Shown: positions 23,761 through 32,000 of the stretch, piece by piece
How positions within the stretch are numbered: the first letter of the stretch is position 1
Layout of the letters: each line of letters starts with the position of its first letter
Source: Aeropyrum pernix K1
GTDB lineage: Archaea; Thermoproteota; Thermoprotei_A; Sulfolobales; Acidilobaceae
NCBI RefSeq assembly: GCF_000011125.1
Contig: NC_000854.2
Location: 240,001-272,000, forward strand
Length of the DNA: 32,000 nucleotides
Direction of reading: 5' to 3'
Translations under genes and position numbers: made by a program
The notes under the pieces: generated by a model
The model's input: only the letters and a program-made list of their open reading frames with translations
Told to the model about the DNA's origin: nothing
The model's database searches: none

Positions 23761-26700
23761 TCCCTAAGCACCTCTACACCACTTGGGGGCTCCCCGACCT
23801 CGAGCTTCAAAGCCCTCGTCTCCCTCTTGATGTATTCCTTTAAAGCGTTTACCGCCTCCACCACATCCTCTCCACCCTGTATCCACACCTCCACATAGTC
23901 CTCCACGCTGTACCCGGCCTCCTTCCTCATGGCCTGGATCCTCCTTACGATATCCCTGGCGAGCCCCTCTAAAACCTCCTCCTTGGTGAGCCTCGTGTCT
24001 ACAGCCACAAGCCCGAGGGGGGTGTCCCTGACCTTAAGCCACTCCGGGTACTCGGCCTTCAGGCTGACGTCCTCTAGCGTAAGCTTGACCGGCAGCCCCT
24101 CGTACTCCCCCTCGTAGACCCCCTTTTCGGCCAGCACCCTCCCTATCTCACCGCCCTTCTCCTCTATGAGGCGGAGGACCTTGGGCATATCCCTCTTGTA
24201 CTTCGGGCCCAGCCTGCCGTAGTCGGGCTCCACCCTGTATATCCTGGTGGCCTCCAGCGCGGAGGCAGGGGCGAACTCTATCTCTTTAGCGTTAGCCATG
24301 AGCCTTATCAGCCCCTCGAGCCTCCTTAGAGACCCCTCAACACCGGGGTTGGAGGCGGCTATTATGACCCTCCTTACAGGCCTCCTCAGCTTCAGGCCGG
24401 CCTCGTTCCTCGCGGAGAGTATGGCCTCCAACACCATCCTAGCCTTCTCCATATCCTCCTCTAGAGTGGAGTCTATCAGATGGTCCTCCGGCTCTGGCAT
24501 GTCGAGCATGTGTATCGACTCTTCAGGCCTCTCCTCGGCCTCTCTAAACACCTTGATGTACAGGTACTCTGCCGTGTATGGTATGAGGGGGGCGGCCATG
24601 AGGAGCCACTCCCAGAGGACCTTGTAGAGGGTCGCATACGCTGCCCTCTTAGACGGGGTGTCGACCTCCTCCCAGACCCTCCTCCTTATTATCCTAAGGT
24701 ACCAGTGGCTCACGTCCTCTATGATGAAGCTTCTGAGAGCCCGGGCTGCGTCGTGTATCCTGAGGTCCTCCATGGCTGTTAGGTACCTCCTCTTGAGGCT
24801 GGCTAGCCTCGAGAGTATCCACCTGTCCTCCACCTCAAGGCTGTCCTCAACGCTGCTGAGGCTGGTTCTCCTCGGGTCGAACCTGTCGAGCCCCATGTAG
24901 ATGCTTGCGAAGGCGTAGACGTTCCATATGACGTTGAAGTCCCGCCTCATCAGGTCGAGCCCCTTCCAGCTGAACCTCAGGTCCTCCCAGACGGTGTTCT
25001 GCAGCACCCAGAACCTGACAACGTCGCGGGGTACCTTCGCTATCAGCTCCTCGAAGTCCACGTAGTTGCCCAGGCTCTTGTGCATCTCCCTGCCCTGCTC
25101 GTCGAGGGCGAATCCGTGGACGAGCACCCTCCTGTAGGGGGTCTCGCCGAAGCCTATTACGCCGCTCCTCAGCAGGCTGAAGAACCACCCCCTTATCTGG
25201 TCGTGACCCTCAACTATGAAGTCGACGGGCTTAAGCCTCTCCCACGTCTCCCTATCCCTCGGGTAGCCCAGGCTGGCGTAGAAGGCTATCCCGCTGTCGA
25301 ACCAGACGTCGAGGACGTCGGGCACCCTCTTCATGGATCCGCCACACCTGGGGCACTTCAGCTCGACCCTGTCAACCCAGGGTCTGTGCAGGTTCTCAGG
25401 CCTCCTGCCGCCCATCGACTCCAGCTCCTCCACGCTCCCCACTACATGCTCGTAGCCGCAGGAGCTGCAGCGCCACACGGGTAGCGGTATCCCCCAGTAC
25501 CTCTGCCTGCTTATAACCCAGTCTCTCAGCTCTCTAAGCATGTTCATAAACCGTGTCTTAGCCCAGCCGGGCTGCCACTCAACCTTCTCCGCCTCCCTCA
25601 TAAGCTGGTTCTTGAGCCTGGTCACCGCGACGAACCACTGTGTGGTTGCCCTCAGGAGGAGTGGCGTTTTACACCTCCAGCACACAGGGTACCTGTGGAC
25701 TATTGTGGCCGCGTGGAAGAGGGCGCCCCTGGCCCTGAGGTCCTCGACTATAGCCTTGTTAGCCTCCCCCCTGAAGTATAGGCCGCTGTACTTGCCCGCC
25801 GCCTCGGTCATGAACCCCCTCTCGTCCACAAGCGATACCACAGGAGCACCTATTCTCTGGGCTATCTCGTAGTCTATGGTGCCGTGCCCCGGGGCCGAGT
25901 GTACTAGGCCGGAGCCCTCATGGGGGGTAACGGCCTCGGGCGCCATGACTACTTTATGCCACTTGGAGAGCTCCCTCTGCGCGTCCACCACGTCCTCGAG
26001 GGGGTGCCTATACCTTAGCCCCTCCAGCTGGCTTCCCTTGAGGACCTCGAGGACCTCGTACTCGCTCACACCCGCCTCCCGCATGACGTGATCCAGCCTG
26101 GCCTTAGCCAGTATTAGCGTGTCCCTCCCCACCCTCACCTTCACATACTCCATGTCGGGATGAGCCATTACAAAGGCGTTTGCAGGGAGTGTCCAGGGCG
26201 TTGTAGTCCAGACCAGGAGGTACTCCCCCTCACGCCCCTCGACGGGGAACTTGACGTATATAGAGGGGTCCTCCAGCTCCCTGTACTCGGACACCTCGTA
26301 GTCCGCCAGCGTAGTCTCGCAGCGGGGACACCAGTGGAGAACCCTGTAGCCCTTGTATAGAAGGCCCTTCTCCCAGGCCTTCTTCACAAGCCACCAGCCA
26401 GACTCTATATACTCGTCCCTGTAGGTCACGTACGGGTTCTCCCAGTCCATGAACACGCCTATCTCCTTGAACTGCCTCGTCATAGCCTCCATGTTCTCGT
26501 CCACGAACCTCTTGCACGCCGCTATGAAATTCTCAACACCCACCTTCTCCTCTATCTCCCTCTTAACCCTAACCCCCAGGCTCTGCTCGATCTTAACCTC
26601 TATGGGGAGGCCGTGGGTGTCATAACCCGGCTTGTCCCACACATTGTAGCCCGTCATCCTGTAGAACCTGAGCACCACGTCCTTCACAACCTTGTTCCAC

Positions 26701-26894
26701 GCCGTGCCTATGTGTATAGATTTCGCCGAGGCGTAGGGCGGGCCGTCTAGGAAGTAGAACTTCCTGGGGGCGCGGGACGATTTCTCCTTAACCTTACGGT
26801 ATATACTGTTCTCCTCCCAGTAGGATTTGACGAACGATTCTAGGGCGAACTGGTCGTACCTCTCACCCTCTAGGACCCTCGGCACACTACCCAC
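23700..26894 (-). CDS. ileS: isoleucyl-tRNA synthetase
   Basis: 1064 aa. [71 protein letters not shown] (KMSKS equivalent), [12 protein letters not shown]. Confidence 0.98.
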
Positions 26895-26974
26895 AGTCAG
26901 ACACCCCCAAAGACAATTCTGGCTACCCGTTTAAAATAAAAGCGGGCTATCATGGCCTGCGGCCTTGGGGGTGG

Positions 26975-27256
26975 CTACCTCGTCGTATCCACCCACTCTA
27001 CTTTAACCCCGAAAACACTGTCTCCACGGGACTTCACGACCTGTTCAATCTCCGCCTCACGACCAGGCTCTCCGAGTAGGACCTCTACGAACCTGAACTC
27101 CCTGACAACTCTGGATCCGTGGTCTCTAACTTCGGCTCCAAACTTTTTCTTAAGCTCTTCGACGATGCTCCTGTGGACATCGTCGCTGTAGGTGCTGTAG
27201 TAGACCCTGTACAGTTTAATGCCCGCCGTCAATGAGTAGCCCCCGGCTGAAACCAT
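26975..27256 (-). CDS. small conserved-looking archaeal protein of unknown function
   Basis: 93 aa, highly charged: LYRVYYSTYSDDVHRSIVEELKKKFGAEVRDHGSRVVREFRFVEVLLGEPG. TATA-like gttttaaac lies just upstream (about 27270-27277). Confidence 0.6.
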   Translation of the reverse strand: MVSAGGYSLTAGIKLYRVYYSTYSDDVHRSIVEELKKKFGAEVRDHGSRVVREFRFVEVLLGEPGREAEIEQVVKSRGDSVFGVKVEWVDTTR

Positions 27257-27394
27257 GCATTGGGGAGCGTTTAAAACCTTGGGCGGCGGGCTGGTCGGCT
27301 GCAGGGTTGACGCGTTAAATTATAGCCCCACTACTTAAACTTAATAGAATCACCAGCACCCACTTAGATTAGGCGATCGGGGGTGTGCATGTAG

Positions 27395-27823
27395 TTGAAG
27401 AGGCTCTCCGCCCTGGTCAAGGTTGACTCCAAGGGCAGGGTCACCATACCCCAGTCTATAAGGAGCGCGCTCGGCATCGAGCCCGGCATGGTCGTCCTCC
27501 TAATCGGCGATGTGAACAAGCGGGAGCTCATAGCCACACCAATAACCAGCAGGAGCGAGTCAATATACGTCATAGACGCCACGCTTAGAGACCGGCCCGG
27601 CGCGCTGGCCGCCGTGACAGAGGTCCTCGCCCGCCACAAAATAGACATAGTGGCTAGCAAATGTGCGAGCATAGTGAGGGGTGAGGAGGGGGGATGCACC
27701 ATAATAGCGGACTTTAGCAGGGCCGATATAGACCCTGAGGACCTGAAGAGGGAGTTGGAGAGACTCGACGTCGTGTTCCATGTTATAATGCGTAGGCTTG
27801 AGGCCGGTCTCGAAGAGATATAA
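27395..27823 (+). CDS. SpoVT/AbrB-like DNA-binding domain fused to an ACT-like domain; putative regulator
   Basis: N-terminus VKVDSKGRVTIPQSIRSALGIEPGMVVLLIGD (AbrB/SpoVT swapped-hairpin signature); C-terminus YVIDATLRDRPGALAAVTEVLARHKIDIVASKCASIVRGEEGGCTIIADFS (ACT-like). TTG start with an in-frame TAG immediately upstream. Confidence 0.8.
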   Translation: MKRLSALVKVDSKGRVTIPQSIRSALGIEPGMVVLLIGDVNKRELIATPITSRSESIYVIDATLRDRPGALAAVTEVLARHKIDIVASKCASIVRGEEGGCTIIADFSRADIDPEDLKRELERLDVVFHVIMRRLEAGLEEI

Positions 27824-27934
27824 GCTGGGCGTACAACACATTCCCCAAGCCGTAGCCGGTGCAGGCTGAGCGTGGGTAGCATCCCTCGGGAATAAGGGTG
27901 ACTAGGCACGACTGCTTTAAAGCTGGCTGGGGGG

Positions 27935-28624
27935 GTGTGGATAGTCCTTTGGCCGGGCCTCACGGGCCTCCCCGACTCGCTGGTTCTCCTGGCGAGGGTG
28001 GGGGGGTGTAGCGTCCTCTACGACACGGGCTCAGGAGAGCCTGGAAGTATAGTAGCCCTAGCCGCCAACCTAGCCTCGGCAGGCGTCAAGCCGTGGAGCA
28101 TCAATGTTGCAATAGTATCCCACGCCCACGTCCCGAGCAGCGGTGGCGCTAGGTGGCTCCACGATAACCACAGGGTAACCATAGCCGCCAGGAGGCCTGA
28201 CTCTAGGTGGATAGAGGAGGGAGACCCGGTGAAGACGGCTGCGGTAGACTATGGCCTGCCGACGAAGCCAGTTCCCATAGGCCTGGAGCTCGAGAGGGAA
28301 GGCAGGATGCCGGGGGAGTGTGAAGGGGTTGAGGTCCTCTTTACACCAGGACACACGCCGGGGAGCGTCAGCGTTTCGTTAGACACTGGAGACGCCACCG
28401 TCCTGGCTGTGTCAGACGCTCTCGGGAGGCTGAAGAGGGATTGGGGCAGCAGCGAGAGGGAGTGGATGGAAAGTCTCGACAAGATAAGCAGCAGAGACCC
28501 GGACTACCTATGCACCAGCGTGACATGCATGGATAGGAGGGCCGCGAAAGCCTTCCTGGACGAGATAAGGGAGAAGGGCCCGGTTTGGGATGTGGAGAAC
28601 AGCAGTGGAGACGGCCCAGGCTAG
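27935..28624 (+). CDS. metallo-beta-lactamase-fold protein with degenerate metal-binding motif
   Basis: LYDTGSGEPG, SHAHVPSSGGARWL (in place of HxHxDHxGG), FTPGHTPGSVSVSLD and LAVSDALGRL follow the MBL motif order. Confidence 0.75.
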   Translation: MWIVLWPGLTGLPDSLVLLARVGGCSVLYDTGSGEPGSIVALAANLASAGVKPWSINVAIVSHAHVPSSGGARWLHDNHRVTIAARRPDSRWIEEGDPVKTAAVDYGLPTKPVPIGLELEREGRMPGECEGVEVLFTPGHTPGSVSVSLDTGDATVLAVSDALGRLKRDWGSSEREWMESLDKISSRDPDYLCTSVTCMDRRAAKAFLDEIREKGPVWDVENSSGDGPG

Positions 28625-28732
28625 AGTGTAAGGGCCCGCCAGCTCGATAAGGGGTGTAGATGCTTAAGGCAATACCAGGCTATATTAGCCCCTTAGACAC
28701 CGCGTTTAATCTGGATGTGAGGTGCGGAGGGT

Positions 28733-29209
28733 TTGGGCCTGGAAGAGGGCTATGACGACGTCCTTGTGAGGGACATAATGAGTTCACCCCCGATAACAAC
28801 ACTACCCATGACGAGCGTGAAGGAGGCGGCTAAGATCATGCTCGAAAACCGGGTGGGCAGCCTGATAGTTGTGAACGAGAGGAACACACTACTCGGTATA
28901 CTGACTAAGACCGATATAATACGGGAGGTTGTGGCCAAAGGCTTAGACCCCGAGTCCGTGAGGGTCGGCGACATAATGACACGAAACCCCTACTACGTTT
29001 ACACAGACGACTCCGTGGAGAGAGCTGCATCTCTAATGGGAGAGCATAACATAGGCCATCTGCCGGTTCTAGACCCGGAGACCGAGAAGCCGGTTGGAAT
29101 AGTTACTAAGACAGACATAGTGAAGCTGGCCCCGAACTACATAAACGTGATATACAGCTTGAAACAAGAGATAGACAGGAGAGAGAGGCTGAAGAGGATA
29201 AGGAAGTAG
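28733..29209 (+). CDS. CBS-domain-pair protein
   Basis: 158 aa with two CBS repeats: VRDIMSSPPITTLPMTSVKEAAKIMLENRVGSLIVVNERNTLLGILTKTDIIREV and VGDIMTRNPYYVYTDDSVERAASLMGEHNIGHLPVLD...VGIVTKTDIVKL. TTG start; in-frame TGA 4 codons upstream. Confidence 0.92.
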   Translation: MGLEEGYDDVLVRDIMSSPPITTLPMTSVKEAAKIMLENRVGSLIVVNERNTLLGILTKTDIIREVVAKGLDPESVRVGDIMTRNPYYVYTDDSVERAASLMGEHNIGHLPVLDPETEKPVGIVTKTDIVKLAPNYINVIYSLKQEIDRRERLKRIRK

Positions 29210-29348
29210 GGGGGAGCCCGCCCACTAGGGGTCGCTAGTCTCCCAGGCGGTCGTTAAGCAAGTGGGGTGGACTCCTTCACCCGTTCTTAGCCAGGGTTAA
29301 CAGTCTATAAATCCTGGTTCCATTCTCTAGGAGGCCGGAGTATGGGGT

Positions 29349-30458
29349 ATGAGGCTGGCTTTCGGCCTTCTCATGGCATCGCTGACCGCGGCACTGGCCG
29401 TCGCCGAGTCTAGTGCTGTCGGTGTGCTTGAGTACCTGCTACCCGTCGAGGAGCATCGTGTGATAGCAAAGGCTGTGCTTTCTGCAGTAGCTATGGCTGG
29501 ATCCTTCTGGGGCCTCGTGGTGGCAAGCACTAGGTTTAGGAGTCCAAGCGGGAGGAGGCTGGTCCTTGCGGTTGTCGGCGTCGCGACGCCTGCCATCCTT
29601 CTCGGGTTGGAGGGGCTTCTGGGCGGGGGGCTCTCTAGCCTTGCTAGTGTTATGGCCGTTTCTGTAGCACTTGGTATGGCCAGCTTCGCTCTCTCATCAT
29701 CGATATACAGCCAGGTGGACTATGTGGAGTGGAGGAGGGTGCTGGCGGAATACTACATAGTCAGCAGCGTTGGAAGCTCGCTCCTCATATTCGCCTCGCT
29801 TGCGTCGGGGCAGCCCATCATAGTTGCCGGGTCTATAGCCGTCTTCGCGCTACTCTCAGCACAGCATGTGCTAGACGTGCCCCTCTCCTTCGCCTCCCTC
29901 AAGGTTGTGGACAACTTCTCCAGCGCTGTGTTCTCTGCGCTCCACGGCAGGCTCGACAGGCTTAGGGTTGACGAGGTCCTCAGGCTCTCATCTGCCGCGG
30001 GAGTACTGGCGGCGCTGAAAATACCCGTCATACAAGGGGCTTCATACTACCTGGGGGAGGCTACACCCCTTGTCTATAGCCTCGGCTACGCCCTAGGTGT
30101 TACACTAGCCTCGACCTCGGCCTCAACCCTCCCGGCCTCCACAGCGGCGCTTGCTTCTACACTACTAGCAATGTATACGGGCGGCAGCCTCCCATGGCTG
30201 GCCCTGTTCATTGTGGGGCTCGGCTACGGATGGGCGGTGTTCACCCTGGTTATGTACGTTCTCGATAGGGAGCCCAAGAAGGTGAGGATCGCAACAGTCT
30301 CTGTGGTGGCGTGGAGCACCGCCGCCTCTCTCGCAGTGTTCGCTGTGACCTCAGTCATGGGCACGAGCCCCTACATGCCAGCCCTCGCCATACTGGTTCT
30401 CGGGCTCGTGCTTTCGGCCGCCACCAGGCTGAAGAACGCCGGGGTTAGGTGGGAGTAG
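29349..30458 (+). CDS. multi-pass integral membrane protein, MFS-like
   Basis: 369 aa with roughly ten hydrophobic segments (e.g. LVLAVVGVATPAILLGLEGLL, LALFIVGLGYGWAVFTLVMYVL, PALAILVLGLVLSAATRL). Confidence 0.65.
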   Translation: MRLAFGLLMASLTAALAVAESSAVGVLEYLLPVEEHRVIAKAVLSAVAMAGSFWGLVVASTRFRSPSGRRLVLAVVGVATPAILLGLEGLLGGGLSSLASVMAVSVALGMASFALSSSIYSQVDYVEWRRVLAEYYIVSSVGSSLLIFASLASGQPIIVAGSIAVFALLSAQHVLDVPLSFASLKVVDNFSSAVFSALHGRLDRLRVDEVLRLSSAAGVLAALKIPVIQGASYYLGEATPLVYSLGYALGVTLASTSASTLPASTAALASTLLAMYTGGSLPWLALFIVGLGYGWAVFTLVMYVLDREPKKVRIATVSVVAWSTAASLAVFAVTSVMGTSPYMPALAILVLGLVLSAATRLKNAGVRWE

Positions 30459-30464
30459 GCGCGG

Positions 30465-32000
30465 CTACTCCACCGCTATTATCTCCCCCAGCACCTCCTC
30501 CCCGGGATTGTAGACAGGCCTCCTCTGCAGTAGACTATTGTAGACTATCTCGGCCACATAATGGTATCTCTCCTCTCCAAGGACGGCCGCCATGTTCTCG
30601 AGTATTACTGTGGAGGAGGCGTGCCCCAGATCCTCCAAGGCGTATTTAGCATTGAACTCCGCCTGGCTCGGGCTCATAGACGCCAGTCTCCTAACCGTCT
30701 CCTCCGCGGCCTCCACAGCCTTGGAGGCCAGGCCCTTATCATACGCATCCCCAGCCAGAGCCCTGAGGTCCTCTAGCAGAGGCTTGTGCGCCCCCTTCTT
30801 CCACATCGCCTCAAGCATGTCCAAGGCCTGTATATTGCTCGTCCCCTCCCATATCGGGGTTATCAGAGCCTCCCTATGCCACCTCTCCACAGCATACTCT
30901 CTCAGGAACCCTATACCGCCGAAGAGCTCCATAGCCAGCATAGTAACCCTTGCAGCCGCCTGCGCCGTCATATTCTTTGCAATGTGCGTCATGAGCCTGG
31001 CATAGTGGTATGTCATGCTGTACGGCGGCCTGTCTCCCGTAGACTTCTCGAAGAGGTCTACAGCCTTGTGGGTGAGAGCCAGAGACTCCTCTATAAGAAC
31101 CTCCATCTCCAGGAGATCCCTTCTCACTAGGGGATGCTCTATTATTCTCTTCCCGAACGCCCGCCTATGCTTCGCGTAGTTATAGGCCTCCAGGTAAGCC
31201 TTCCTAGCTATCCCCACTGCGCCCGCTGAGTTGGCTATCCTGGATATCATCAGGTCCTCGAGGGTGTAGTAGATACCCTTGTCAGCGTCGCCGATAAGAT
31301 AGGCCTCGGAATCCTGGAGCTCCACCTCCCCGGTGGGCACAGCTATGGTCCCGCTCTTGTCCTTGAGCCTCCTCACACTATAGTTCAGCCCGCCGCCCCT
31401 CCTATAGCGGGGAACCGCGAATAGTGAGAGCCCCTTCGCGCCAGCCGGAGCACCCTCGGGCCTCGCCGTGACTAGGGCGATATCAGCCAGGCCTGCGCCG
31501 CTGGCGAAGTACTTGTAGCCCGTGAGCAGCCACACGCCGTCGCCCGCCTTCCTCGCAACAGTTTCGTTGGCACCTAGATCGCTTCCCCCCTGTATCTCGG
31601 TGAACCACGTGGCCCCTATCATCGGAGGCCTGTCCAGCCCTGCCAGCCTTCTATAGTAGTGCTTCAACTCCTCGCCGCCGTACTTCCAGAGGGCGTAGGC
31701 TGTCTGCATCGTTATAGTTAGTATGCACCCGACTCCGGGGTCGCCGACGAGATTTATACCGGCGAAGTGCTCGTGCCAGCTTCCGCCGACGTATGGGTGC
31801 CTGTTGACGCCATATTCGTACATAAGCCTGTCAACAGCCCTACGCAGTGCAGGATCGACCAGCACGGTGTCGCTTCTCTCACCCCTCACGGACCACATAA
31901 CATGGACGGGCCAGCTCAGCCTATCAACCCTGTAAGCCACCTCATAAAGCTCCGTGCCAACATACTCGCCAAGACCCGCCAGATCCGGCTCCTTCGATGT
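30465..32000 (-). CDS. acyl-CoA dehydrogenase (AidB-like subfamily), 5' end truncated by the window
   Basis: GATWFTEIQGGSDLGAN, GYKYFASGAGLADIALVTARPEG, AKHRRAFGKRIIEHPLVRRDL, ELFGGIGFLREYAVERWHREALITPIWEGTSNIQALDML. The frame is open upstream of the track GTG at 31940 to the window edge (...TSKEPDLAGLGEYVGTELYEVAYRV). Confidence 0.92.
   Translation of the reverse strand, partial: TSKEPDLAGLGEYVGTELYEVAYRVDRLSWPVHVMWSVRGERSDTVLVDPALRRAVDRLMYEYGVNRHPYVGGSWHEHFAGINLVGDPGVGCILTITMQTAYALWKYGGEELKHYYRRLAGLDRPPMIGATWFTEIQGGSDLGANETVARKAGDGVWLLTGYKYFASGAGLADIALVTARPEGAPAGAKGLSLFAVPRYRRGGGLNYSVRRLKDKSGTIAVPTGEVELQDSEAYLIGDADKGIYYTLEDLMISRIANSAGAVGIARKAYLEAYNYAKHRRAFGKRIIEHPLVRRDLLEMEVLIEESLALTHKAVDLFEKSTGDRPPYSMTYHYARLMTHIAKNMTAQAAARVTMLAMELFGGIGFLREYAVERWHREALITPIWEGTSNIQALDMLEAMWKKGAHKPLLEDLRALAGDAYDKGLASKAVEAAEETVRRLASMSPSQAEFNAKYALEDLGHASSTVILENMAAVLGEERYHYVAEIVYNSLLQRRPVYNPGEEVLGEIIAVE

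Noticed and set aside
24847-25484. ORFs within ileS (113 aa minus strand, 134 aa plus strand)
   Set aside because: Alternative frames inside a confidently identified synthetase.
27257-27394. Possible tRNA or C/D-box RNA in the AT-rich intergenic region
   Set aside because: No T-arm consensus, no cloverleaf pairing and no RUGAUGA/CUGA box arrangement; promoter elements explain the AT-richness.
27364-27963. 199 aa minus-strand ORF opposite the AbrB-ACT gene
   Set aside because: The plus strand encodes recognisable AbrB and ACT domains; the minus frame has none.

Overview
High-GC archaeal chromosomal window. Ribosomal protein content (L32e, L19e, S4e, Rpp29), TATA-type promoters and frequent GTG/TTG starts point to a hyperthermophilic crenarchaeon, most like Aeropyrum from memory; this was not checked by search. 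The dominant feature is a minus-strand ribosomal protein cluster, S19-L22-S3-L29-Rpp29-S17-L14-L24-S4e-L5-S14-S8-L6-L32e-L19e-L18-S5-L30-L15, about 10.6-20.0 kb. S14 is only 54 aa and is absent from the supplied ORF track. Left of the cluster are dCTP deaminase (5'-truncated by the window), a small hydrophobic protein, a secreted penicillin-acylase-family Ntn hydrolase, an M19 dipeptidase, an S12/beta-lactamase-fold serine hydrolase, a GH130-type protein, a 749 aa putative TIM-barrel glycoside hydrolase and a tandem hotdog thioesterase. Right of it are a MoxR-type AAA+ ATPase with a VWA protein, a stand-alone Cas4/RecB-like nuclease overlapping ileS, ileS, an AbrB-ACT fusion regulator, a metallo-beta-lactamase-fold protein with a degenerate metal motif, a CBS-pair protein, a multi-pass membrane protein and an AidB-like acyl-CoA dehydrogenase (truncated by the window end). 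I found no CRISPR array, tRNA/rRNA, transposase or prophage. The best candidates for follow-up are the orphan Cas4-like nuclease, the MoxR-VWA pair, the amidase/glycosidase island and the degenerate MBL protein. None of these is established here as a new system.
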